Of a stretch of DNA of 64,000 nucleotides, positions 10,939 through 20,515 are shown piece after piece; position 1 is the first letter of the stretch; each line of letters opens with the position of its first letter. The position numbers were made by a program, and so were the translations under genes. The notes under the pieces are model-generated. The model did not search any database, was not told the origin of the DNA, and was given only the letters and a program-made list of their open reading frames with translations. The stretch is taken from sequence record SRR31156797_3966, one strand, 5' to 3'.

Positions 10939-11931
10939 TTAGAACGAGTATTTAGCTACGAATTTGATAGAGTCAACTTCTTTACTTTGTTCACCTTGCT
11001 GATCGTACTCACCTGTTTGTACGACAAAGTCAGTTTTAAACTCTTTAGTTACGTCATAGCCTAAACCTAGATATGCTGTCTGTGCATCAAAGCTTGAACC
11101 TACATAGTCACCTTCTGCAAACTGAATCGAGCCGTAAATGCGGAATAGATCGATAGTGTAAGTCGCAGCTAGTGAGTATGTTTCACCATCGTTTGGTGTT
11201 TTGAGTTCTAGGTCATTACTTTCATTTAGTTTAAGTTTTTTACCGTCTTCAAACGAAATGAACGCTGCTGCCAGTTTTAAATCACCAATCTCAACGTCGC
11301 CCGCTACGCCGAACGATTCACCTTCACTACCATCAGAGTTATATGCAATAGCGGCAGAGAAGTTATCTGCTTTGTAGTTCGCTGAAACTGCGTAGTTGGA
11401 TTCGTAGTTTGTATCGCTATCTGTTTCGTAGTTAGCTGATAGCTCTAATTTCTCAGCTACCGTTTTCTTATAGCGAATACCTTGACCTTCCACGCCACCT
11501 TGGTCTACGAAGAATAAGTTTACACCTTCACCAGTTTTTGCTTTTTCTACTGCGCCGAATGAGTTGCCTGTATCACCTAGAGAAAGGTTACCAAAAATAG
11601 TGTGGTCAAACTCCAATTTGATATCAGCGAACTTAGCGTTCTTGTCTGTTGCACTATTGCCTGTATTGATCGCGAATGAGCCGATAACTTTAGCATCTTC
11701 ACTTAAAAAATGCGTTCCCTTTAGTTTAAGGTGAGCGTCAGTATAAACGTGTTCTTCTTGATCTTTATCTTTACCCTCTTTGTCTTTAAAGTCTGTATCT
11801 ACGTATGCACCAACTGCTTTTGCCCAACCAGAAAGTTCTACTGTGTTTGTGTCAGTTGCGTAGATTTCGCCAGCTGATACAGAACCTGCTGCTAGAAGAG
11901 ATACCACTGCTGCTAATGGCTTGATGTTCAT
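10939..11931 (-). CDS. Outer membrane porin (OmpU/OmpT-like Gram-negative porin)
   Basis: Signal peptide ..SVSA/GEIY, alternating beta-strand pattern, C-terminal YSF. Confidence 0.85.
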   Translation of the reverse strand: MNIKPLAAVVSLLAAGSVSAGEIYATDTNTVELSGWAKAVGAYVDTDFKDKEGKDKDQEEHVYTDAHLKLKGTHFLSEDAKVIGSFAINTGNSATDKNAKFADIKLEFDHTIFGNLSLGDTGNSFGAVEKAKTGEGVNLFFVDQGGVEGQGIRYKKTVAEKLELSANYETDSDTNYESNYAVSANYKADNFSAAIAYNSDGSEGESFGVAGDVEIGDLKLAAAFISFEDGKKLKLNESNDLELKTPNDGETYSLAATYTIDLFRIYGSIQFAEGDYVGSSFDAQTAYLGLGYDVTKEFKTDFVVQTGEYDQQGEQSKEVDSIKFVAKYSF

Positions 11932-12012
11932 ATTGTACTCCATTTTTTATATTAATTACTTAGATATGTAATTGTGTGTATAAATTTGCTTAACAACTCA
12001 ATGTATTTACAA

Positions 12013-12033
12013 AGGTGAAATAATTTTTCATTA
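12013..12033. promoter_or_regulatory. Putative KdgR box upstream of the porin
   Basis: AGGTGAAATAATTTTTCATTA; 1 mismatch to core TRAAAYRnYRTTTYA. Confidence 0.6.
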
Positions 12034-12475
12034 ATCAAATCGACACAGGGAATGTTATACAAAATAAGTTTTAAATATATTGAAAATTAATATTTGGAAT
12101 ATTTTTTACGATCTACTTCATAATGGGATTTGTTTTTTAATAATTTTATTAGGTAACAGGTTTCACTGCTCTTATACAATATGTAATATGTTATTTTTCT
12201 CAATTTAAAATATTGGTTCATTTATTAATGTATTTGAGGTGTGAGTCGCATTGTTGTGGTTTTTAGGGTTTACCTTTGATATTAATTGTCTTATTTGTGC
12301 GGAGATACTCCCCTCTAAGCCTTGCCTTACATGGTCTTGATGGTGTGTAACTGATTTTATAAAAACCTTACACATATCTTTTTCTTGTCTAATAGATATA
12401 TTAATTAAACCTGATCCCATTCCGTTTAATAACAAATTTAATCTGGATCGCAAAATGTAACGACAATTGCTGTTT

Positions 12476-12496
12476 TAGTAAAACATGGTTTCATTT
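12476..12496. promoter_or_regulatory. Putative KdgR box upstream of the sulP-galT-ugl-GH112 operon
   Basis: TAGTAAAACATGGTTTCATTT; 1 mismatch to core TRAAAYRnYRTTTYA. Confidence 0.65.
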
Positions 12497-12643
12497 TGTG
12501 TTGATGATGTTTCGTTGGTATTTATAATAAGGCTGGAATTGGCTCTTATTTCAGCTATTAGTTGAATGATTGCTCTAGTAATATATTTGCGACTTATTTC
12601 GCAAAAAAATAAATAACATGATGTACAGAATATAAGAGATTAT

Positions 12644-14281
12644 ATGAACTCGCAGATATTGGTCATTCTGGCTCGTTGGCTTCCTTTTTTAACTTGGTTA
12701 CCTAAGGTTACTCGTAATTCAATCAAAGCCGATTTTTCAGCAGGTTTAACCGGTGCATTTATTGTTATGCCGCAAGGAGTGGCTTACGCCATGATTGCCG
12801 GTTTACCACCTGAATATGGACTCTATACGGCTATTGTCCCTGCGATACTTGCTGCTTTGTTCGGTTCTTCCAAGCACCTTATCTCTGGCCCTACAGCCGC
12901 ATTGTCGGTCATTGTATTCAGTACGATTTCTCAGTTTGCCGACACTAATACGCCGTTATACATTCAACTCTGCTTAACGCTGACTTTTTGCGCCGGTATT
13001 GTTCAGCTCATCATGGGCGTATTAAGAGTCGGTGCCGTGGTGAATTTTGTATCACACTCAGTGGTTATGGGTTTTACCGCAGGAGCTGCTGTGGTGATCG
13101 CGGTGAGTCAGTTAAAGCATGTGCTAGGCTTGTCATTCGCTTCTGAAAATACCGCCGTCGATAACTTGTGGCTGGTCATCAGTCATTTGGGTGAGACTCA
13201 GTACTTTGCATTAATGACCGCAGTGGCAACCATTGCGGTTTGTGTGATAACCAAGCGTTGTTTCCCATCTTTACCCAATATGTTGATTGGCATGTTAGCG
13301 TCAGTGATGTTTGTGCTTGGGCTAAATTATTTAGGTGTCACTATTGATCGCGTGAGTCAGATTCATAGCGCGACCTTATCGATGTCTGCACCGATTATGA
13401 GCGTAGATACTGTGCGTGATTTGGCGGGTGGCATTGTGGCGGTGGCTCTGTTAGGTCTGGTTGAAGCCATTTCAATCGGTCGCGCGGTGGCACTTAAATC
13501 TAAACAGCGCATTAACAGCAATCAGGAGTTTATTGGGCAAGGTATCTCCAATATCGTCGGATCGTTTTTCTCCTGTTATATGTCTTCAGGCTCATTTACC
13601 CGCAGCGGTGTCAACTATAGCAGCGGCGCTCAAACCCCTTTAGCTGCGGTTTTCGCTGGTCTTATTTTGTTGGTGCTGATGCCTTTCGTTGCTGACTATG
13701 TGAGTTATATCCCTCTGGCAGGAATGGCCGGTATCTTGTTAGTGGTGGCATATAACTTGGTTGATGTTGCTCATATCCGTTCTGTTCTTCAACACGATCG
13801 TAAAGAGGCCGTGGTGTTAGTGGCCACCTTTATCGCTGCCATCGTTATGCATCTAGAGCTATCAATTTACGTGGGTGTGGCGGTATCGATGTTCTTTTAC
13901 CTGCGCCAGACCTCGCGTCCAACGGTAGATAAAATTGATGTTAGTGAACTGGATAAAGGCCACGTGGAATTGCCGGACACCCAGATTGTGCGTATTAACG
14001 GTTCGATTTTCTTTGGTTGCGTGGAACACCTACAGCAAGAACTGGAATCAATCCAAGCTAAGCGACTGATTATTTTGGGCCGTGGAGTCAATTTTATTGA
14101 CCACCTTGGCGTGCAGATGCTGGCAGAAATGATTGCTCATGGTAATCGAGAAATTGTGTTCTGCCGCTTTAAACACAAATCCAAGCAAGCCCTGATGCAA
14201 GGCATTCCTTGCATAGAAGAGCAACATTTTTCAGAGCACCTTACTCCATTGATAGAGAAGTGGGGAACCATTACCCGTTAA
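12644..14281 (+). CDS. SulP/SLC26 family anion (sulfate) transporter with STAS domain
   Basis: [47 protein letters not shown]-terminal STAS ([14 protein letters not shown]). Confidence 0.93.
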   Translation: MNSQILVILARWLPFLTWLPKVTRNSIKADFSAGLTGAFIVMPQGVAYAMIAGLPPEYGLYTAIVPAILAALFGSSKHLISGPTAALSVIVFSTISQFADTNTPLYIQLCLTLTFCAGIVQLIMGVLRVGAVVNFVSHSVVMGFTAGAAVVIAVSQLKHVLGLSFASENTAVDNLWLVISHLGETQYFALMTAVATIAVCVITKRCFPSLPNMLIGMLASVMFVLGLNYLGVTIDRVSQIHSATLSMSAPIMSVDTVRDLAGGIVAVALLGLVEAISIGRAVALKSKQRINSNQEFIGQGISNIVGSFFSCYMSSGSFTRSGVNYSSGAQTPLAAVFAGLILLVLMPFVADYVSYIPLAGMAGILLVVAYNLVDVAHIRSVLQHDRKEAVVLVATFIAAIVMHLELSIYVGVAVSMFFYLRQTSRPTVDKIDVSELDKGHVELPDTQIVRINGSIFFGCVEHLQQELESIQAKRLIILGRGVNFIDHLGVQMLAEMIAHGNREIVFCRFKHKSKQALMQGIPCIEEQHFSEHLTPLIEKWGTITR

Positions 14282-14361
14282 GCCTGAGCATTGGTTTGGG
14301 TTTGACTCAGCATTGTCGAATTTTCGTTATTTTTCGTTTTATAAAAGGATATCTGGTCACC

Positions 14362-15426
14362 ATGAATGAAAGCCAATTTGATGAAATTGAGCATCCGCAT
14401 CGTCGTTACAATCCGTTGTTAGGCGAATGGGTATTAGTTTCACCTCACCGAGCTAAGCGCCCGTGGAGTGGGCAACAAGAAACGCCAGCTCAGCCACTTG
14501 CGGTAAGCTATGACAAGTCGTGTTTCTTATGTGCGGGCAATCAGCGTATTAGCGGTGATGTTAACCCAAACTATACGGGTACATTTGTATTTAAGAATGA
14601 TTTTGCCGCATTAACAGACAATACGCCGAGTAAAGATTCTAGCGATGATCCTTTATTCAAGCTTCATAGTGCGAAAGGTGAAAGTCGCGTGATCTGTTAT
14701 TCACCCGATCACAGTCGTACTTTAGCGGAACTGTCGGAGCAAGAGATTGAGAAAGTCATTTCTACGTGGATTGATGAAACTAACAGCTTAAGTAAGCATT
14801 ATCCATGGGTTCAGATCTTTGAAAACAAGGGTGAAACCATGGGCTGTTCACAGCCGCACCCACATGGTCAAATTTGGGCTAACAGCTTTTTGCCAACGAT
14901 GGTCGCCAAGAAAGAACAGCACCAGCGAGAGTATTTCGAAAAACATAGCTCGCCACTTTTGTATGACTATGCTCAGCGCGAGTTATTGCGCCAAGAGCGC
15001 GTTGTGGTGGAAACCAAACACTGGGTAGTGGTTGTACCGTATTGGGCTGGGTGGCCATTTGAAACTTTGGTATTGCCAAAACAGCAAGTAAGCCGAATTA
15101 CGGAACTGAGTGAAGAGCAACAAGCCGATCTTGCCATTGCGCTTAAAGATATTACTACTCGTTATGACAACCTGTTCCAGTGCTCTTTCCCATATTGTAT
15201 GGGTTGGCATGGTGCGCCTTTCTCCCTAGAAGAGAATACCAGCGATGAACAGAGCCAGTACTGGCAAGTTCATGCTTCGTTTTTCCCTCCTCTGCTACGC
15301 AGCGCCACTGTTCGAAAGTTTATGGTGGGCTACGAGATGCTTGCGGAATCTCAACGAGATTTAACGCCAGAACAAGCTGCGGAAAGGCTGCGTTCATTAA
15401 GCAATATTCATTATCGTCAAAATTAA
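14362..15426 (+). CDS. galT: Galactose-1-phosphate uridylyltransferase
   Basis: [21 protein letters not shown], catalytic [22 protein letters not shown]; start moved to ATG 14362. Confidence 0.96.
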   Translation: MNESQFDEIEHPHRRYNPLLGEWVLVSPHRAKRPWSGQQETPAQPLAVSYDKSCFLCAGNQRISGDVNPNYTGTFVFKNDFAALTDNTPSKDSSDDPLFKLHSAKGESRVICYSPDHSRTLAELSEQEIEKVISTWIDETNSLSKHYPWVQIFENKGETMGCSQPHPHGQIWANSFLPTMVAKKEQHQREYFEKHSSPLLYDYAQRELLRQERVVVETKHWVVVVPYWAGWPFETLVLPKQQVSRITELSEEQQADLAIALKDITTRYDNLFQCSFPYCMGWHGAPFSLEENTSDEQSQYWQVHASFFPPLLRSATVRKFMVGYEMLAESQRDLTPEQAAERLRSLSNIHYRQN

Positions 15427-15473
15427 GGTCAGTAGACCAATTATCCTATTCCATTTGTTGAAGAGAGCCTGCT

Positions 15474-16643
15474 ATGACAGAAACTATTTCGCTTCGTCCA
15501 TTACCCCACGTACTGGATGAGCAGAGAGTTGTTAACCACCTGACAACTGTGGTTGAATCGATTCGTCGCAATATCCCTAAAATTGGTGAACGTAACCCCA
15601 AAATTGGTACCAGTGGTCACGCTTGGGACTACTGTGAACAGTTTGACTGGGTATCGTCATTTTGGACCGGTGAGCTTTGGTTAAGCTACCAGATGACTGG
15701 TCAGGAAGTATTTAAAAATAGCGCTAAGTTACGTAAAAACTACTTTGCTGCAATGTTACTGGACCCTTTCTGGTTAGATCATGATTTGGGTTTCCAATAC
15801 AGCCTAAGCTGTGTTGCAGACTACAAACTAACGGGCGATGAAGAATCAAAAATGATGGCACTTCGCGCGGCGGACCATCTGATTCACCGCTTTAGAAAAA
15901 TCGGCGGTTACATTGTTGCGTGGAACGATACGCATCCACTTGGCCCTGAAGTGACATTAGGTAAATCAATCATTGATTCACTTCAAAATACTGCGCTTCT
16001 GTTTTGGGCTTCAGAAATCACCGGATCTCCAGTGTATGCCGATGCGGCAAAACGCCATAGCGAAACACTGGCTAAGCACATTGTGCGTGATGATTTCTCA
16101 ACGTATCACTCGTTTAACTTTGACCCAATTACTCAACAACCGCTGAAAGGCGAAACCTTTCAAGGTTACGCCGATGAGTCTTGTTGGGCTCGTGGTCAAT
16201 CGTGGGCGGTTCACGGTTTTGCGCAAACTTATCTATACACCGGTGATGAGAAGTTCCTGACTTTGGCCAAGAAACTGGCTAAATATGCCACTGACCATAT
16301 CACAGATGATGGTGTGCCAGTTTGGGATTACTTACTGCCTAGCGATGAAATTCAATACAAAGACAGTTCTGCAGGCGCAATCACTGCGGCTGGCTTACTG
16401 CTTATTGCTCAATGCATTGAAGATGCTGACGAAGCGAAAATGTACCGTGATTGGGGCTTATACCTGCTGCAAGGTCTGATTAAAGAGTGTGATTTAACGG
16501 ATAACGAAAGTGCGTTGGGTCTGCTAGCGAACGGTGCTTCTTTTGTTAAAGTCGGCTTATGCGACAACATGCTTCCATATGGCGATTACTACTATCTAGA
16601 AGCGTTAATGCGTGCCAACGGTTATCAGAAGTTCTTCTGGTAA
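15474..16643 (+). CDS. ugl: GH88 unsaturated glucuronyl hydrolase, no signal peptide
   Basis: WVSSFWTGELW, DHDLGFQY, IIDSLQN, QGYADESCWARGQSW, DSSAGAI, YGDYYYLEAL. Confidence 0.92.
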   Translation: MTETISLRPLPHVLDEQRVVNHLTTVVESIRRNIPKIGERNPKIGTSGHAWDYCEQFDWVSSFWTGELWLSYQMTGQEVFKNSAKLRKNYFAAMLLDPFWLDHDLGFQYSLSCVADYKLTGDEESKMMALRAADHLIHRFRKIGGYIVAWNDTHPLGPEVTLGKSIIDSLQNTALLFWASEITGSPVYADAAKRHSETLAKHIVRDDFSTYHSFNFDPITQQPLKGETFQGYADESCWARGQSWAVHGFAQTYLYTGDEKFLTLAKKLAKYATDHITDDGVPVWDYLLPSDEIQYKDSSAGAITAAGLLLIAQCIEDADEAKMYRDWGLYLLQGLIKECDLTDNESALGLLANGASFVKVGLCDNMLPYGDYYYLEALMRANGYQKFFW

Positions 16644-16703
16644 TGCTTTTTCTAAAGCGGGCAGGTATTTCTGCTCGCTAATTTTATTGTTTGGAGTTTG
16701 AAC

Positions 16704-18890
16704 ATGAATCAGGTTTCTTCAACCAAAGGGCATATGACTTTGCCTGTAGAGGTTGGGCAAGAAGAAGTGGTATTAGATTTATACCAACGTTGGCAAGCGG
16801 ACGCACTTCGCGATAGTGACGGGACGACGATGCCGGAGTCTTTAGCACAACAAGACGGCGATATTTACTCGGTGATGTGTCTCGTACGTGCTGACCAAAA
16901 GTTTGCTAACGAACACCCAGAGTACCTACACCGTAAGTACCTAATGTCTTTCCCTGTGACCGCGATGGATGACAGTTTGGTTATTCTGCCGCTTGATGGC
17001 TACAGCAAAGATAAGTATGAGCTGGATGACGACAGTGACCCGAAAGCGTGGTGGGAAGTGCGTAACCGTACAACCAATGCTGTAGTAGATGCGTCGCTGT
17101 GGGATTTTGATGCTGCGACTCAGCAAGTCACAATCAAGCAAACTCAGCCTTACCATGAGTACACAGTGACTTTCATGGCACGTCAGGTGTGGGACAGTGT
17201 CTCCATGTACAACGCACTGACTAACGACTGGAAAGGTCCACGTATTAAGAGCTTGGATCCTTACCACCCAGAATGTCGTGCACACTTAATTAAGCACTTT
17301 GCACAATGGTTACAAGATCACCCGAACACAACCGTAGTACGCTTTACTACGTTCGCATTCCTGTTCGTGATTGATACTGGCGAGCAAAACCAAGATATCT
17401 ACCGCGACTGGACGGGGTATGGTGAAACGGTTAGCCCGCGTGCGCTAGAAGATTTTGAAAAACGTTTTGGTTACCGTTTATCTCCGGAAGACTTCGTCGA
17501 TGCAGGCTACTATAACGGTACGTATAAGCCACCAACAAAACGTTACCAAGATTGGATGACCTTTGTTCAAGAGTTTGTGGTTGATTTTGCGGCGGAACTG
17601 GTTGCTATGGCGCATGACGCAGGCAAGAAAACCGCGATGTTCCAAGGCGATCACTGGATTGGTACAGAACCGTTCCTGGAAAGTTATCAGCAGATTGGCT
17701 TGGATATCAACATCGGTGCGGTGGAAGATGGTGTTGCACTGCGTCGCCTGACGGATTCTATGGGTGACCAAACTCGCGAAGCGCGTTTCTATCCTTACTT
17801 CTTCCCAGATGTGTTCCGTGAAGGTAACGATCCTGTGGTTGAGTCAATGTCGAACTGGGTGAAAATCCGTCGTGCGATGTTACAAAAACCTCTCGACCGA
17901 ATCGGTTACGGTGGCTATTTATCTCTGGCAAACAAGTTTCCTCACTTCATTGACCATGTGACTGATATTTCACGTGAATTTGGTGAGTATCTAGACAACA
18001 CCCAAGGGACTGAATCACAAAAGCTACCCGGCAAAATAGCGGTATTGAGTGCTTGGGGTAAAGCGCGCAGTTGGTTGCAAAACCAAGCTCGTGACCAACG
18101 CTTCTATGTTCCGCCTCGTCCAGATGTGATGGAGTTTGTCGGTAACAACTTGCTTGAGTGTTTGGCGGGTCTACCATTCGACGTCGAGTTCATTAGCTTT
18201 GATGACATCATCAATCACGGTATCAGTGATGATATTAAAGTGATCATCAACACTGGTGATGCAAACTCGGCTTGGAGTGGTGGTGAGTGTTGGGATAACA
18301 GTGAAGTGCTGGTTGCATTGCGTAAGTTTGTGGGTCAGGGTGGCGGTTTACTTGGTGTCAGTGACCCATCAGCACTGCAAAAGAATGGCCGTTACTTCCA
18401 GTTAGGCGATGTTTTTGGTCTGGAGAAAGAGACAGCATTGACCATGGGGCGTGTTGCTATGCCTCTCTCAATTGCAAAAGATCACTACTTGAGCCAGTTT
18501 GTGACTCAAGAGCTGGATTTTGGTAATCCGAGTTATGTCTATCCACAAGCTCAGGATCTGACGGTTCTTGCGGCTCAAGGTCAACACTTAGCGTTAACAG
18601 CACGTAATTACGGTCAGGGTCGTTCGGTTTACATGGGTAACCTGCCATTCAACGTGAAGAATGCGCGTTTGCTGCAACAAGTGCTGATTTGGCTTGGCAG
18701 CAATGAAACGGCGCAACATGCATGGTTGTCGGAATCGCCAAATGTTGACGTGGCTTACTATCCACAGACGGGTAAGGCGACAGCGGTAAACTACTCGAGT
18801 GAGCCTCAGCAATTGACGGTATGCAACTCTAACGGCGAATCCGTTGACATCAACCTAAAAGGTTATGAGTGGAAGTGGCTTGCTAACTAA
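16704..18890 (+). CDS. GH112 beta-galactoside phosphorylase (lacto-N-biose/galacto-N-biose phosphorylase family); acceptor uncertain
   Basis: ADALRDSDGT, WD.VSMYN.LTN.W, VVRFTTF, GDHWIGTEP (catalytic Asp), RFYPYFFPDVF, DRIGYGGY; ATG at 16704 follows GGAG. Confidence 0.92.
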   Translation: MNQVSSTKGHMTLPVEVGQEEVVLDLYQRWQADALRDSDGTTMPESLAQQDGDIYSVMCLVRADQKFANEHPEYLHRKYLMSFPVTAMDDSLVILPLDGYSKDKYELDDDSDPKAWWEVRNRTTNAVVDASLWDFDAATQQVTIKQTQPYHEYTVTFMARQVWDSVSMYNALTNDWKGPRIKSLDPYHPECRAHLIKHFAQWLQDHPNTTVVRFTTFAFLFVIDTGEQNQDIYRDWTGYGETVSPRALEDFEKRFGYRLSPEDFVDAGYYNGTYKPPTKRYQDWMTFVQEFVVDFAAELVAMAHDAGKKTAMFQGDHWIGTEPFLESYQQIGLDINIGAVEDGVALRRLTDSMGDQTREARFYPYFFPDVFREGNDPVVESMSNWVKIRRAMLQKPLDRIGYGGYLSLANKFPHFIDHVTDISREFGEYLDNTQGTESQKLPGKIAVLSAWGKARSWLQNQARDQRFYVPPRPDVMEFVGNNLLECLAGLPFDVEFISFDDIINHGISDDIKVIINTGDANSAWSGGECWDNSEVLVALRKFVGQGGGLLGVSDPSALQKNGRYFQLGDVFGLEKETALTMGRVAMPLSIAKDHYLSQFVTQELDFGNPSYVYPQAQDLTVLAAQGQHLALTARNYGQGRSVYMGNLPFNVKNARLLQQVLIWLGSNETAQHAWLSESPNVDVAYYPQTGKATAVNYSSEPQQLTVCNSNGESVDINLKGYEWKWLAN

Positions 18891-18913
18891 TCATTAGCGG
18901 TTTTGGAAACAAC

Positions 18914-18941
18914 AAAAGGTGCACTGCGGTGCACCTTTTTT
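18914..18941. terminator. Intrinsic terminator, likely bidirectional
   Basis: AAAAGGTGCAC-TGCG-GTGCACCTTTTTT. Confidence 0.88.
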
Positions 18942-19051
18942 ATGTCTGTTAGATCGAGATTGGATCTAAACCAAGTCAAAAAGCTTCTGCATACCGTTGT
19001 TAGAATGTAGAGGCTTATTGTTAGTGGTTGTGGCTGTTACTCGCGAGTGTC

Positions 19052-20515
19052 TTAGCGCGTTTTTTGTTTTTCAATCGACTCATCGAGCAGTTTTTGCATT
19101 TGCGCGACTTTTTCTGGCATTGAATCCGCTAGATTGTTGAGCTGACCGACATCATCAAACAAATCGTACAGTTGTGCTGTCGACTGATTGCCTTTTTCGT
19201 TACCTGTGTACTGGCAGATGAAGTCATCATCATGAGGAGGGATATAGGCGTAACGTCCATCACGGAACACTTTTTTATACTGCATGCCTTCCAACACCAT
19301 AGTGCTGCGGCCTGTAGGGTCTTGACCAATCAAAGCATTCAGCTGAAGTTCACTATCGGGTGCTTCATTTTCATCCAGTTCGTAACCAATGAGTTTCGCT
19401 AAACTATGGTACAAATCGACCTGATTGATTAATGCATTGCTGTGCTGTTCGCTAATGGTATGAGGCCAACGCACGATGAATGGAACGCGCGTGCCTCCTT
19501 CAAACAGGCTGTATTTACCACCACGTAATGGACCTGCCATTTTGTGTTCGCCGTTGAGTTCAATTGCTTGATCTTTATAGCCATCGTTCAGCACGGGGCC
19601 ATTGTCACTGGAGAAGATGACGATGGTGTTCTCTTTCAGACCAAGTTGCTCAAGTTTGTCGAGAACTTTACCGATACACCAGTCCATTTCTACAATGACG
19701 TCGCCACGAACACCGTGTGGTGTTGCCCCTCTAAATTTCGGGTTTGGAATGCGTGGTACGTGTGGTTGATGCATGGCGTAGTAAAGGAAAAACGGCGTGT
19801 TTTGGTTTTGCTCGATGAAATCAATCGCTTTATCGGCAAAGCGTTCGCCCATGGTTTCATCATTCCAAATGGCTGACTCACCACCACGCATGTGACCAAT
19901 GCGGCTAACGCCATTGATGATGGTGCCATCGTGACCATGATCGTACATGACATCTAACAACTCAGGGTTGTTGCGACCATTCGGCACATCACTAAACGCT
20001 TTGTCCCAGTCATAAGTCACTTCAATTGGGTTTGTTGGGTCTAGGTTTTCAACGTTACGGTTATCGATGTAAACACAAGGGACACGGTCATTCGTTGCAG
20101 CCATGATAAACGACTGATCGAAGCCAACATCATTCGGTGTACCAGAGATGGTTTTATTGAAGTCCAGATTACCGTCACCCAACCCCAGATGCCATTTACC
20201 GACAATACCTGTGTTGTAACCTTGTTTTTTGAACATTTTTGGCAGGGTTGGTTGTTCCTTACTAATAATTTGTGGCGCATCACCCGGTAGTACAGCGGCG
20301 TCCGGATTTCTCCACGGATAGCTACCCGTCAATAAGCTGTAACGTGAGGGCGTACAAGTTGCTGCTGTGGCGTACCCTTGGTGAAACTTGATCCCTTCTT
20401 CAGCAAGTTTGTCTAAGTTAGGGGTTGGAATATCGTTCGCGCCGTAACAGCTAAGGTCGCCGAAACCTAAGTCGTCGGCATACAGAATGATGACATTAGG
20501 GTGTGAATTGTTCAT
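19052..20515 (-). CDS. Cys-type formylglycine sulfatase, resembles S1_15 Gal/GalNAc-6-O-sulfatases; no signal peptide
   Basis: ADDLG, CTPSR, GKWHLG, AATNDRVPCVYI, RIGHMRGG, PHVPR, SDNG, GGKY; subfamily from recalled motif similarity. Confidence 0.85.
   Translation of the reverse strand: MNNSHPNVIILYADDLGFGDLSCYGANDIPTPNLDKLAEEGIKFHQGYATAATCTPSRYSLLTGSYPWRNPDAAVLPGDAPQIISKEQPTLPKMFKKQGYNTGIVGKWHLGLGDGNLDFNKTISGTPNDVGFDQSFIMAATNDRVPCVYIDNRNVENLDPTNPIEVTYDWDKAFSDVPNGRNNPELLDVMYDHGHDGTIINGVSRIGHMRGGESAIWNDETMGERFADKAIDFIEQNQNTPFFLYYAMHQPHVPRIPNPKFRGATPHGVRGDVIVEMDWCIGKVLDKLEQLGLKENTIVIFSSDNGPVLNDGYKDQAIELNGEHKMAGPLRGGKYSLFEGGTRVPFIVRWPHTISEQHSNALINQVDLYHSLAKLIGYELDENEAPDSELQLNALIGQDPTGRSTMVLEGMQYKKVFRDGRYAYIPPHDDDFICQYTGNEKGNQSTAQLYDLFDDVGQLNNLADSMPEKVAQMQKLLDESIEKQKTR

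Noticed and set aside
12205-12453. 82 aa ORF in the porin-sulP intergenic region
   Set aside because: TTG start without a clear SD, AT-rich promoter DNA and no motif; probably spurious, though not excluded without homology or ribosome profiling.
14209-14361. N-terminal extension of galT overlapping sulP (similar over-long starts for togB, pelW, the amino acid SBP and the desaturase)
   Set aside because: Downstream ATGs have SD sequences and match family N-termini; no sign of fusion or frameshift.
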